Made by a program: the position numbers and the translations under genes. Shown here piece after piece: positions 28,986 through 43,149 of a stretch of DNA of 64,000 nucleotides. The first letter of the stretch is position 1. Each line of letters opens with the position of its first letter. The stretch spans positions 1,922,001 through 1,986,000 of the forward strand of contig MU058718.1 of assembly GCA_013265495.1 (NCBI GenBank), given 5' to 3'. This stretch comes from Vicugna vicugna (lineage: Eukaryota). The notes below the pieces were generated by a model. That model was not told the origin of the DNA, did no database searches, and saw nothing but the letters and a program-made list of their open reading frames with translations.

Positions 28986-30429
28986 AAGATTTTGAATTTT
29001 TTTTTTTAAATCAAAGCAGTAGATGTAGAGTTAAGTTAAAAAGGTGTATAATATAAAACCATTCTTCTATCCTATTTCTTTCCAGCTCCTAAGCACATTC
29101 CCTACCACTTTCTACTTTTCTACTGTTTATAACTTTTAGTTCTGTAATTTAAATAATGTGCTTATACTGTTACTTCTTGATTTACCAGTTTTAGATACCT
29201 GTTCACTTCTTTTTATTCAACTTCCCCCCTTTAACTATTACAATTTTTGACTAAATCAGTATTATTGTTTGCATTACTTTCACAAGGTAAATACTTTTAC
29301 TTCCTACATCAAAGTTTATACTTTTACCTCTCCTGTCTTATATGCCTTTTTGTTTACCATTTGCTTAGTTTTCAACCTGCTCTGTTGCTGATTCTTCTGC
29401 ATTCTAGTTTAGCTATACATTTCATTGTCAAATGCATTATCTGATAATAATCTCCTCCCTCCTTCCTTTTTTTTTTTCTTCTTGGGTACACTCTGAAGTC
29501 CCTCCATCCTGCTCCAATCTGGAGTAGGTGGCTTCCAGGTCATGCTGTAGTCAAAGCCACAGAACTTCCCTTCACCATTATCCAAGGAAAATGTCTTCTC
29601 TCTCATATTTGGTCCTTGCATTTTCCTCATTGTTGATTTCCTCATTTTTCCTTTGTGAACTGTATATCCTCCATCATCAAAAGTGAATGGGATGTAAAAT
29701 TTTAAATTGTTATATTTGAAAATGTCTTTATTTTGCCTTTTAATAGAATTGTTGGGTTGAAAATTATTTTCCCCTCAGAATTGGGAAGTCATTGTTCAGT
29801 TGTTTTAGTTTCTAGTGTTATTATTTATAGTCCTGATAGTATTCTTAATCTTTATTTTCATGCTTTCTGTAGCCTGCTTTTCTCTCTGGAAAGTTTTAGG
29901 ATCTTTTTTTTTCTTGCAGTTTGAAATTTCATAGTAGTGTGCCTTAATTCCTCCCCTATGTTTTTTCTCTCTTCTCTTTGCTGCTAGTAATTAGTCAGAC
30001 ATTGTTCTTGGATTGATCATCTTACCTGACTTTATATCTCTTCTGTTGGATTTTTTTTTATTGTGGCTATCAAATTTTAATTTTCACTGTTTTTATATTT
30101 TTATCTGGATGTTTGTTACCCAGGTATTAATAGATTTAAGAGTTGTGGACTTCATATAAGTTAAGCCATAAGAAAACAGTTTCTAAAAAAGTGGAAAGAA
30201 TCTTTCCTCCCCCTTGTTAATATCCAAGATCTGTTTTTTACCTCTGGTTATCCTTTAATATCCTGTTCATCTCTCATGGATGCCATTGCCTTATCTTTCG
30301 GGGGAATTGTAATTAAGAGGTTTTTGTTTTGTTGTGTTCTGTTCTTTGCATTATCTCTGTTTCCCTAAGTTGTTCTTTTTCTTTTCATTTAGTCTCTTCC
30401 ATATTAGAAAGTCTGGGGGTTTTCCATTC

Positions 30430-30995
30430 CTGTCATACATGTAGCAGCTGAAAAAAACACACATTTATTATCTCACAGTTTCTGGAGGTGAAAAGTCTGG
30501 GCACAGCATGGCTTAGCTGTGTCCTCTGCTTAGAATTTTATAAGGCTAAAATTAATGTGTCAGCAAGGCTCTGTTCTTCCTGAAGACTCTGAGAAAGAAT
30601 TCTGCCTTGTAGAATTGGGTTCCGTGTGTCTGTAGAACTGAGGCTCTCCCTGGCTTGTCTGCCAGCTTCTAGAGGCCTCCTGAATTCTTGAATTGTGGCC
30701 CCTTCCACAAAGCCAGAAAGAGCAGGTCCAGCTCTTCTTGGTCCTCAAATCTTTATGACCTCTTGTCTCTTATCTCTCCTCTGCTTCCCTCTTCTGCCTT
30801 TCTTTTCTGTTAGGCAGGCTTTCTGTGGTTACATTGGACCCACTGAAAGAATCCAGGATAATCACCCTAAAATCAGTAGATCAGTAACCTTAATTCCATT
30901 TGCAAAGTCACAGCAGTACCTAGGTTAGTATATGATTGTATAACCAGGGACAGGAATTTTAAGAAACTATCTCTTGAGTTCTATCTACCACAGAG
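30430..30995 (-). mobile_element. MLT1-type MaLR LTR
   Basis: acatttattatctcacagtttctggagg...aatccaggataatc...ctaccaca. Confidence 0.75.
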
Positions 30996-31554
30996 TCCTT
31001 TCTGTAATATCTGTCAATCATTGACTGTCCATTCATATAGATACCTAGTAGGAAGCCCTAGTTGAATGGAGTTTAGCTTGTCACCCCTCTGTAGGGTATT
31101 TAGATATTGAGCAAACTTTTTCAAATGTCAGTATCTCTAAAAGATCTTTTCCCTAGGGCTGTTGAGATTCTCCTCTAAGGAATCCTAGAGGGTGTGTATA
31201 TCTAAGGGGTAGGTTCAATCCAGTATTGGACAGGATTCATTTTTCATGTCTCTGTTTTCAGTACTTGGTCATGCTTGATGTTTGGCATCAGCGTGTTTCC
31301 CATTGGTATCTTCTGCAAATACCTTGATTTTCTGTGTGTCCACTTTGCTGAGTCATTTGTTAACTCTCCTATCTATTCTGCCTCAACATTTTCCTGATGT
31401 TGCTTATCTGATGTTTTTCTCCTTTCCCTCCTTGTTGGTTCACGTTTTATTTCTTTTACTTCTTGGTATGATTTTGGAAAGGAGTGAAAGTAAGTGCACA
31501 AGTGCAACAGACATTTAACCAGAAACTCATGAACACTTTATTATATTATTTATT

Positions 31555-31826
31555 TATTTAGTAAACAACAAAAAGCTATTTCTCACAGTTCAAGAGGCTG
31601 GAAATCCAAGATCAGGGTGCCAGCATGGTCATGTTGTTGTGGAAGCCTTTTGCAGACTGCGAGGGATTTCTCTGGAGCCCTTTTAAAAGTGCACCAATCT
31701 CAATCATGAGGGTGGAGCCCCCCTGACCTAATCACCTCTCAAAGGCCTTACCTCCTCATGTCATCACCTTCGAGGTTAGGTTTCAGCATATGAATTTTGA
31801 GGGGACACAGACATCCAGACCATAGT
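31555..31826 (-). mobile_element. MLT1A/B-type MaLR LTR fragment
   Basis: tctcacagttc...ggaaatccaagatcagggtgccagcatggt...tgaattttgaggggacaca. Confidence 0.75.
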
Positions 31827-32103
31827 ATTCTCCAACCCTTGGTTTGGACTTGGCCATGTAATTTGCTTTGGCTAATGAGATACTAAAAGAAGAGCTACAC
31901 AGCGGGCTTGAAATATGTTTATGGAGTTTGGTTTGTCTACTTAGATTCACCATTGACTATGAGAACATGACACAGGCAGCCCACTGGTCCAAGAAACTGA
32001 CCCCAACCCAACCTTGCATCCAAGCTGAGCTGAGCCTAGCTGAGATCATCAAAGCCACCCCAGCCAACCTGTAGACATAGGAGGAAAAATAGAACATTGC
32101 TCT

Positions 32104-32326
32104 TTTTAAAAAAAAATTTTTAAATTGAAGTATAGTCAGTTTACAGTGGTTGTGTTAATTTCTGGTGTACAGCATAGTGATTCAGATATGAAATATATTA
32201 TTCCTTTTGATATTTTTTCATTATAGGCTATTACAAGGTATTGAATATAGTTCCCTGTGCTATACACAATGGGACCTTGCTGTTTATTTTATGTATAGTA
32301 GTATCCTCAAATCCTGAACTCCCAAT
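32104..32326 (-). mobile_element. Short L1 3' tip
   Basis: attgaagtatagtcagtttacag...cctgaactcccaat. Confidence 0.82.
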
Positions 32327-34051
32327 GAAAACTTTGTTTTTAAACTAAAATCTGATTATTATTTTACCAAAGAACCCATCTCTGCTTAGTTCCACACTTC
32401 CTCACCCCATAGTTTTTGAGATATACGTATTATATATATTACATAGCTATATATATAATTTATGTAGTCTTATCTTCCACCAGAATTGTAATTCTACTTG
32501 ATAACATTATATTGATTTTAAACATTAAATTTTATTTCTATGTAATATATCATTTTGTTATAAATAGATCCTGGATCATTGCTTTGTATAATGACTCATA
32601 AATGCTAGCATATCTTTATTACTGCACTATAAGATTTAGCATAAAGGAAAGATAGCATTGTATTTTGGTATGCCCATTTCAAAGGTTTTGTATTTCACAG
32701 TCCGCTAGGTGTATTTTATTTTGGTTTAAACCTTGTTTAATTACTTATGCTCTTCACCAAGCCCACGCTTACATGTGTGATTCAGATTCCTAAGTTCACT
32801 AATTTCTTCTTGATATAAAACACAGTAAATATGTAAGTCCTAAATTTCTGTATTAGTGAAATAGTATCTTATGTGGATGGGTAGGTTTACTTCACTTTGT
32901 TATTTTTATAATGAAATGAAAACCACTTACTCACAGACTTCATGTGTAGTCAGTGGCTACCCTGTTACGATATAGAACTACCTATCATTAGAGAAATAAG
33001 ATGTTTTCCTCCCTGCTCCCCATTCTGTAAGCTACTAGTTCTCAAGGAGAAGTTGGAATCAAAATTACCGATAAAATTGTGATATGATTGATGTATAACT
33101 ATTATTTTCAAACAAAAATATATTCGTTTCAAACAACATAATGATTCAGTATTCGTATATATTGTGACATGATCACCACAAGTCTGGTTAACATCCCTCA
33201 CTAGAGCTTTTATAAAGCAAGCTGCTTGAATCCCTCCCTGAGTCACTAAGGGTATCTGGGGGGTGTGGCCTAAGCATGTGTTTTTACTGTAATTATTTTT
33301 AACTTCACAAGCAATTCTGATAGGCACATATAGTTAGGAGCTGCTTCATCTGCTTGTGACTGACCAAAAAGCTAGTTCAAAATACACATTCTTCTATTAA
33401 CATTAATAGCTGGTTTGTGAGCAGACAGGAAATGACCTAGGAACAAAAATCTCAAAAGGATGAATCATGGAGTGCAGTGATTCTCAAGCAGAAGGAACAT
33501 ACTGGACCACTTAGGAGGCTTTTCCAAGTTATACATGGTTCCTTTCCTCTCGCACTCAGCTTGACTGTGGTGAATTGTGATAGAAACATGGCATATCTCA
33601 CAGGCATGATTAATTGTATGTCCTTATATACTTTTTAAAATGTTTATGCTGTACCAGTATATGATTTACTTTGGGGAAATGAATGGGTGGAGAGAGATGA
33701 CCGCCACCACCCTGCCCCCACCTAATACTGAAGCAGAGAGGACAAGTGATTATTCAGAAGCTTGGAATTTTCTAAGGCCTTTATTTTCTCCCAACATGGC
33801 AATGATGGCATTTAAAACTGAGAGTACACTGAGAATTGAAAATGCAACCCATAAATCGTTAGGTCTCTTAGCATATTAACTTGTTTCGTTTAAAAATTGT
33901 CAGGAAATGATTCAGTTCTATTAATTAGATAAATATAGCTCAAAGGATATATTTAAAGTATCTTCTGAGTTTCTGAATCTACATAATCATATCAGTTAGT
34001 GCTACTGCATCAAACCCCCAAAATTACTTTCAAGGATAAATGGGTTAACTT

Positions 34052-34499
34052 TGTTATGGCTTGGTTCCTTGGACTCTTAGAAGCTGATGAGGGACCAGGC
34101 AAGGAATTCAGGCGAGGCTTTATTGGGACTTGTGCTAGAGAGCAAAAACAAGTAACGGATTCTCTTGCTCACTGTCTGAGAAGAGTGGGCTGGTTCCTTA
34201 AATAGGGTGAAGCTAGAGGTGGATTGGTGGGTCACGACGGAGGGGTGGCTTAGGTGGTCTGCCTACCCCATTGGTGCTATGTGCAGGAATCATGTGCAGT
34301 ACCCTGCTTTTGCTCTGGACACTTCTGAAATTGGTTGGTTTGTGGCCTTTTTGTATCTTACTGTTTTGTATCTTACTGCCTCCACTGCCCGTGTGCAGTT
34401 ATTTTTAGTCCCTTACAGTTTCTTTGTATTCTGTTGCTCAGGGGACATTTGTTGAAGTGTAAGTACTCTGGTAAAGCATCCAGGTCCCAGCCTATCTCA
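34052..34499 (-). mobile_element. Solo ERV LTR (448 bp)
   Basis: TG...CA termini; minus strand starts TGAGATAGGCTGGGACCTGG; minus-strand AATAAA at ~34119-34124; no clean TSD seen. Confidence 0.7.
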
Positions 34500-35519
34500 A
34501 TTCGAATATACAAAACTGAAGAAAATCTTTGATTTTTAATTTTTTAACTTTCGCTAAAGAGTATGCTGTATTGTTTCTAACTTTAAAAAGATATGCCTGG
34601 AATCTTTTAAGAAAATGACAATTTAACGAACAAGCATTTATTTTTAACATGATTTTTTTGCTGTTTAGCACTTAAGATGTACTTAGCTCAAATTTATTAA
34701 TAAATAAAGAGCAGTTATGTTCACCTACTCCCTGGTAACATATCTGTTCAGGATAGTTTTATTGCTAATTCTGTTTTCATGTTTTAGAAAAACATTGACC
34801 AGAAAATAGCATGTAAAACAGAGAACAAACAAAAACCTAATGTGTACCAGAGTGTTCCTAATAGTAAAATTCAAATAACCAACAGAAAAACAAATAAAAA
34901 AAACCCATATAGTTATTAAAAAATTGATTTGGATTTCTTTTTTAAACATGGGACAAGGTATATATAAAATGAAATTTTTTCAAATTTTAATGTGGTTTGC
35001 AGTGATTGCTACCATGTTGATTTTTATATGCAGATTAAGTGATTTGGAGAAACCTCATAGAAGAATGAGCAAAGGAAGGCAATAATAAAAATGGCTAAAA
35101 ACTCATGAGGAAATGTACATCACTAGTAATTAAAGAAATGTAAATTAAAACGAGATAAACATAATGTTTTAAAAATAAGCAAAGCTTTAAAAAAAAGTGC
35201 CCACCTTGTACCATTTTTGCCTTAAAATCATTATAACTGTTGATCCAATAATTTTACTTCAGTGAATTTCTAAAGAAATAAAATGTGGAAAAATATGTAT
35301 ATAGATGTTTAAAGAACCATTATTTATAATGGGCACAGTGTTAGAAGATGGTTAAATTGTATATTTGCATAATTGTATACATCTGTTAAAATGATCTGAT
35401 TCACATAATCATACTCCATTTTTCAAGAACAGGTTTTAAATGACTTGCTTATATTTTTAAAATAATTTCCAAATTTATACCATGATTATATATTTTTAAA
35501 ATTACAGAAAAACATTAAT

Positions 35520-35740
35520 ACCTAATACTTATGAAGTACTTGTTATGTGTAAGGAACTATGCAAGGAACTTTACCTGTATTAATCATTTAATTTCCACAG
35601 CAACTTCCTGTGGTAGCATCATTCTCATTTTACAGATGAGGAAACTTGGACGCTGGCAGGCTAATAAGTAGCTTGCCCAAGTCACACAGCTAATAAATTG
35701 TGGAGCAGAGATTTGAATCCAGGTAGTTTAGCTGTGTGCT
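35520..35740 (-). repeat. MIR SINE
   Basis: cattttacagatgaggaaact...gcccaagtcacacagcta...gatttgaatccagg. Confidence 0.85.
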
Positions 35741-36898
35741 TCTGCCTCAAATTGTGCCTCAGCACGTCTGCAGCAGTGTGCTCCATCCTAGTTTTAGGTC
35801 CCCTACAGATAAAAATCTTCCTGAGTGTGTAATACTGGATTGAATGTGGTGGATACTGTGGGTTCCTGAAGGTACAAGCTGCCCCTGTAAAACTCTGATA
35901 TTGTGTTATGTGAGGGCTAATGGTCTGTTTGAAAAGCATATGAATCTCTCATTTAGCACAATTCATTGAGATTTTGTTTTCCCTTGAATTGCCATGTCAC
36001 CTTTGTCCAAAATAAATGACCACCTATATTTGGGGCTGCTTTGGGACGCTCTGTTCTATTTCAGCTTAGTAATTGCACTGTCTTGATTGCTGTAGTTTTA
36101 TGATATTTTAAAATCGGGTAGGATAAGTCCTCCAACTTTTTCTTCTTTTTAAAAATTGCTTTCACTATTGTAGAATTGTTCTCATTTCCTTATAAATTTT
36201 ACAGTCAACTTGTTCAAGAGTAAGTTGAAATTTTGACTGGGATTCCATTGAATCTTTAGCTCAATTTGGGAGGGAACTGACTTCTTAACCATTCTTGTGA
36301 TTTATGGATATGGTATGTAATATGTAATATGTAAAAAAAAATATATACACTTACTTGGGTTTTTTTGTTACTTCTGTGTAACCATTTTGCTGCTCATCAG
36401 GTTCTTTAATAGAATAACATAAATAAACACAGAAACTTGGAGCCATTCACAATATCATAGCAGAAAAGTTTGAGTTCATTAAAATTTTGAGATTTGGTAA
36501 TGATATGAAAGTATTTACATTTACTTCATGAATCTTGTGTAACTTATGACATACATAATGAATGAGGGCTATCATATAAACATTAATTTCTTACAGTTTT
36601 GGATTAAAAATATGTAAACAAGAGTTCTAATTTTTTTTCTGTACCCTAGTAGATTGTTACCTTTCTACTTTGAGGTAACTACATTTATTGGATAGTTTTG
36701 AATTAAGAGTGCTTTGGCAGATTGTTTTTGAAACAGTCTTTTGCATGGCTTTAATATCTGACAAAACACATACACACATACACAGAAGGAAATTACAAAT
36801 TCTTATCTTGAAAGTGATTAGTAAATATGGATTTACCAAGTGTAAAGTTTTTAATTTTTCCATTATTTTAGCAAAATAGTATTTTCTTATTTTAACAG

Positions 36899-37033
36899 AT
36901 ATCAGACACCCTGAAGAGCTTTCTCTCTTGAAAAAACCCAGAGATCCAACAAAGAAAAAAAAGAAGAAGCTAGATGACCAGTCTGAAGATGAGGCCCTTG
37001 AGTTAGAGGGGCCTCTTATCACTCCTGGATCAG
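36899..37033 (+). CDS. FERMT2: FERMT2 exon 4 (135 nt): (N)IRHPEELSLLKKPRDPTKKKKKKLDDQSEDEALELEGPLITPGS
   Basis: tttaacag|AT ATC ... TCA G|gtgagg; poly-lysine F1 loop. Confidence 0.98.
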
Positions 37034-39224
37034 GTGAGGCTTTGACTAAGCAGGGGCTCAGTGTGAGAACCAGGGACTGTATGCCTGTGTCTTTGATAGT
37101 GAAGTAAACGGGCTGTGTGGCTCAGGAGACTGGTCACGTTAAAGAACACTCTGCTTGAGCATCTTTTCCCTCAGTCTTGAAATAATCACTGGAATGTGTC
37201 GTTGCAGCTCATCATGTCACGTGTTAATAGTTGTATCAAGAAAAACTGGTTCTCTGCTCAGAAACAGTCAACAGGGTACATACAGTACCTTAACCGGACT
37301 CAGTTCTTTGTTTTGTGGAAATGAGAGAGTTTTTAGTATTTAGTTCTGTGTTTTTGGTATTTTGTGAAAACCACTGCTATTTAGTTAAGACATTATTACT
37401 TCCATCAGGTTGTTTAAAGCCTTCTCTATGCTTTGCAGGTCTCTTAGTGCCTCTCTACCTTTTTCCTTTTAAGGTATTGCTCCTTTAAGAAGCTTTCTCA
37501 GATTTCCTTCCATTACCTCCCTAACCTGAATGAGGTATCTTTCTGTCATAAGTCACTAGGCTTTTCTGTTCGGTATTATACTGCATGTTCTCCCCTAATA
37601 ATTGTGAGCTCCCTGCATGAAGAGCCTGCCCTTCATCTTTTTGTTTCCAGGACCTAACTCAGCATATGGCATCCAGCAGGAACATAAATAGGCAGTGTGT
37701 TTTGAGTAGCTAGATGACCAATTAATTATATTACATGGTTCTTAAGTCCTGGGATATTATAGTTTCCCACGTTTCCACTGGCCATACATTTACTAATCCC
37801 TTTCTTAGGACAGATCCCTGAAGCAAACATGTAAACTAATTTTACTAATCCAGTTCACTCCTGGTTTTTAAAATTCTGGGATGAGGATGATGGTGATAAA
37901 AGTAAATACTGAACATAGAGCTTATGTATGCCTAGAACTAGTTCATATACTTCACCTGTGGAAACTCATTTAATTCTCACTGCAATCCACTGAAGTGGAT
38001 TATGTTCTTACTCACATACAATAATAAAGGTATTTGGCACAGTAAGTTTAGGAATGTCTAAGGTCACATACCTTGTAACTTTTACGTCAGTACCCATGTA
38101 CTGATCACATTTGGGAGATATGAAGAAATAAGAGTCCTTACCCTTAAGTAGTTACTGTATTTAAGAAGGTAGTCTATAAATATTAGATGATTGTTGTGGA
38201 AAATAATGTTACAGGAATTCAGAAGACAAAACAATTCCAAATAGGGTACATTCAGATTGTGAATTAGCTAGGATTCCAGTGGCTAGGATTTTGAAGGGAA
38301 GAAAAGGCAATCAAAGCAGAAAGAATAATATTAACAAAGAACATTCTGGCAAAGGAGAAGTACAAGATGTGTAAATAAACCAGTTGAGCCAATGCATGGG
38401 CAAGACCTTCCGGGAACTTCAGGATCACACTGGAGGGTATTTAATGTCAGGCCGAGGAATTTAGACGAGTGCACTGTAGGGTCATTGGTTTCTGAATATG
38501 TTACAAAATGAACAAATCATTATTTTAGAAAGAATATCAAATTTAATTCTAGTAAAATGTGGAGGAGGGAATGAGGGGAAAGGGTTGCAGGCATTGGGTG
38601 AAGCCTGTAGATTAAAGAGGTAAAATAAAATAAAAGAATGTGTCTGCCATTAGAATAAGGTTAATTTTAAAGTCTGATTTAGACCTGATGAAATATTGAT
38701 GAAGGAATCTGATAGTAGACACAGTCTCTGCTTTCAGCTAGTTTTTAGTGTGAATGGAAACTCATTTCATTTTTAAAATGAAGAACTACATAGAAAAGTA
38801 TATTTATGGGATGATTTGGAGTGGTTGAAATTAGGCAGGATTGGTTTTAGAATTGCAAACGAGAACTTTTATATAGTGCTTTGAGAAAAGACAATTGGAA
38901 GACAAAGGATGATGAATTATGATGAGGGAAAGCTACAGATCTTTAAGAGTAAGTAACTATGGGTTTCTTTTAAACTGAGGTGTTACACATAGTAAAGTGA
39001 ACAGATTTTAAATTACAGATGAATATTTACAGATGTATACATCTTGTAACCGCCCAGAACACGATACAGCACATAGCATGATACCAAACCCCAGAAGGCC
39101 CCTCGCATGCCTTTTCCCAAGTAACCACTTTTTGCCTCTCATCACAGAATAGTGTTGCCTGTTCTTGAGCCTCATATGAATGAAATCATACACTTTGGGC
39201 TTTCTTTTGTCTGTAAAGTGATTG

Positions 39225-39369
39225 TTTTTTTAATTGAAGTCTAATCAGTTTACAATGTGTCAATTTCTGGTGTTACAGCACTTCAGTCATATAGGAACAT
39301 ACATACATTCATTTTCATATTCTTTTTCACCATAAGTTACTACAAGATACCGAATATGGTTCCCTGTTG
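39225..39369 (-). mobile_element. Short L1 3' tip with 9-bp TSD
   Basis: AAGTGATTG at 39216-39224 and 39370-39378. Confidence 0.85.
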
Positions 39370-42300
39370 AAGTGATTGCATTTGAGTGAAGGAATTTTTT
39401 TAAAAATAGGTTTTAGTTGTCTATATCCAAGCAGTTTAATTAAAAGCACTTGAGGAGTTAAGAAAGTACCCAAAGATAGTGATATGGAGAGGGCTGATGA
39501 CCTGTAGGGAAAATGTCCCATACACATGTGAAAAGTAACTTGATTCATTTTAAAAGAAATATTAAATACCTAGTTTGTCTCCTTTTATGATTTGTCAGTC
39601 ACTTTAGTCAATTATTGGACCAAATACTGAGAAATACGATCAGTTGCTTATTGTGTCCATAATAAATAGCAACAAGTCCATATATCTCAGTTTATGACAT
39701 CTGGCTTTCAGACACTATGCTCAGTGCTTCACAGATGTTCCTCTACTGCAGGGTGTGATAAGGAGAAATCTTCATTTTACTGAGAAGGAAACAGGCTCAC
39801 TTTCCCTTTGTTCCCTTGAGCTTCTTGAATTGTGAGCATTTCAGTGTGACCATGGTTAATAATTTTTTAATACATATATTCAGTCAATGATAACTTACTT
39901 AATACATACACTGTCTTTCATTTGATCCTCACAAAACACCTATGATTTTGGTGGCATTATCCCCATTTTATTTACAAGGAAAGAACATCACAAGGGTTAA
40001 ATAATTTCCCCAGGGTCACAAAGCTTCATAAGGGACACATCTAGGATTCAAATGCAGCACTCATGTTTCTAACCATTATGTAACATCATCTCTCAAATTA
40101 TAATATTTAAAGTAAATATTTTGTTAATTCTAATAGGAACATTTGATAAAATATTAAGTGTGTAAATTATACTTCAACAAAGCTTATTTTTTTGAAAGTA
40201 ATGTTTCAGTAGGTAAAGAATCATTAGTGAATTAATGATTCTCAGACTTTAGTCAAGTTGATCTCATGTCTGGGGGAAACAGTTTTTCCAAGAATTAACT
40301 TTACTGTATAGTGCTGACTTGCAAATTACTAATTTCAGGATCTATTATGTAAATAGAAATAGAAAATTATCTTTTTAGGAGCTTCCCTAAGAAAATTTAA
40401 AGGCGGCTAGACAAAGGAAAAGTAATACAGAAAGTAATCAATACTTGACTTGCTTGGCACTTTCAGGAGAATCACCATGCAGCATGCCATTTTTCCTAGC
40501 TGGAATTTACCATTTTAAATATCAGAACTTTTTTTTAAGCTATTAATTTTCAAATCATGGGCTTTGTCCACTTTCTTTTATCTATATTTTTGTTTTAATG
40601 ATATTAATCTTTTGATGTGATATTTTCCCTATACTGGCATTTTGTTTTCAATTTTGTTTGTGGTCTTTTGTTTGCTATACTAAAGTTTTATATTTTTATG
40701 TAATCAAATCTGTTAGTTCTGGTTATCACTCTTAAAGTCTTTATAAGTATTATAGAAATTCTGTATTTCCTTTTAGTACTTTTATCATTACTTCATATTT
40801 CTATATTTTATCTGTAATGTCAACATTCATATTTTTAAAATTCACCTGTAATTTGTTTTCTAAGTATGGTATGAGCTAGATATTTTGATTGAAAAATTTT
40901 GTAAGTGTATTAAATACTTTAGTATACTTTTTTGTTTTAAAAAGGATCTGAATGAATATAATAACCAAGTTATGAGGCAGATTCTACTGTGTTAAAATAT
41001 AGGAATACTCTCAGAAGCTATTAGGTTACATTGGGTTTTTAATATTTATAATAGGTGGCCCAAGACTGTAGTGCTTGTTTAAGTCTTTATTTCTCATTCT
41101 TACAGTTAAGTTACCGTTCATATTGTTCAGCAGACTCATGTTTTGTTGCTGACTACATATGCTCCTTCATCTTACCTTGTATTCGTTTTCTGCTTCAAAT
41201 ATAGTTTAAATTGGACAATCAGGGTAACAGGCTAGTTGGGATTGTCACTGAACTTGAGGCTTAAAAGGAATTTAAAACGCACATACCCTCTGACCCAGCA
41301 GTGCTGCTGAAATTGGGAAATAAGTACAAAAGTGTTTATTGGAAGGCATTGTTTGCAATGGCAGTGGTGACATCAGTAGTAAAACTCTACAACGAATAAA
41401 TGCATACCAGTTGGGAATGACCTGAGTAATAAGTTACAGTACCCAGGAGGCACTGTGCTTAGCTGCACTCAGACTGCTGGTTTATAGTTTTGCTCTGCAA
41501 CTTACTAGCTCTTGACACTGGACAAGTATATTAACTTCTCTGTGCCTCAGTTTGCTCCTCTAAAGTGAGAATAATAGGGTTGCTGGGAACACTAAATAAG
41601 CTCTTACCACAGATTGCCTAACAAAATAAGAACAAATGGGAACAGTGAATTGATCAAATGTGAAGCATAGGTTATACAAAGTATAGGAAAGTAATAGGGA
41701 GGGGAATTGATTGTGTGGGTGATTCTATTAAATGTTGTGTAATTTAGGGGAATATATTTTCTGTTTTAGAAACTTCTTAAGGAAAAATGTCAGTTCTAAG
41801 TTTACTCAGTTTTGAATAGTAATTATAGTTCATCATACCAGGAATGAATTTTCAGTATTCTGTCATGTTTAGTAAAAGACTTAATCTGCTAGGTCTTTGA
41901 AATTAACAGAAGATTCTGCCTAGGAGGTGATGTTTCCCCAAACTTTATTTACATGTATACTCTCTATAGCAGAATTATTCTTTGCCCAACTGAGCTGGGC
42001 CTCAGTTTGCTCCTCTAAAATGAGAATAATAGGGTTTTGGGGAGCATTAAATGAGTTGTAGAATCTGAATCTTGTTAAATAATACAAGTTGCTTTTAGAA
42101 CATTTTCTTTTTAAGAATTGTGGCTAGAGGACAAAATATAATAAATAGAGTTAGGACTTTGGAGGGGGGTGCTTTTATTAATGTCATTCTGAACTTAAAA
42201 AAAAGTCTTAATTTAAATCTCCTCAATTTTTGTAGTTTAAATGACAGGATAGATCATCAGTTGACTAATTCATGTAGCCTCTACTATATGCCTAGGCCTT

Positions 42301-42786
42301 TAATACTGAAGAAGCAAATTAAAAAGACAATATCCGTACCTTCAGGGGTTTAATTATAAAATGTACCTTTCTTAGCGTCTTTCTAGAGCAAAATTTTATT
42401 TATCCCTTTGCTTTTAACACTTTATTTGTAAATCTTTTGAGACCAGTTCAGCTATTCACTGAGAAAACATCAACATAAAATTATTCTCTTAATTTATGTG
42501 AATCTAGTCAGCTACATTGAGCTGTCTTAAAACATGGCATGGTGATTTCATGTAACTAGAGCAGAACCTCATTGTTCTGAATTGGACAAACTTGTTTTAC
42601 TTAGGTTATGGCTCTGTAGTTCTTTATTCTTAAATCCACTTGCAATATTTACTTCAGTTTATGATTCACAGTTAGGAAAAATCTGTTTTTTCCCTTTCCC
42701 ATTTTCTCTTCATTTTCATTCTTTGTTTCTTTCTTCTATTGTTGCCTTTCCTTTACCTTCTGAATCCTTTCTTTCCTTTCCTATAG

Positions 42787-42819
42787 GCACTGATGTTCTT
42801 TACATTGGCCCTCTGAAAG
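42787..42819 (+). CDS. FERMT2: Candidate alternative 33-nt micro-exon, (G)TDVLYIGPLK(G)
   Basis: ~109-nt AG-free pyrimidine tract, ctatag|GCACT...CTGAAAG|gtgagc; phase 1-1 matches the host intron; no stop codon. Confidence 0.8.
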
Positions 42820-43149
42820 GTGAGCCTTGGCACAATTAAAAACAAAAGTGTTGGTCTGTCTGCTTCAGCAATATCCTTAACTTATATTCTAACTCTCTTG
42901 AACTGATTTGTTTCCCCTAGAATTTCTACCAACTTAATTTTATTTTTTGACCTTGTTATTACCTGCTCTTAATGTTACACAAGTAAAGTTAATTTCACAT
43001 GTTTTCAAGACAGATAATGTACTAAAGTTTTCCCTTTCAGAACGAAGCTTGTGTTTCACAGTGTGCTTTATATAATTATAGCATGTATTATTGAAAACTA
43101 AGGTACTATACTTAATACTTAACTACCTGTTTTTCATGTTATTTATTAG

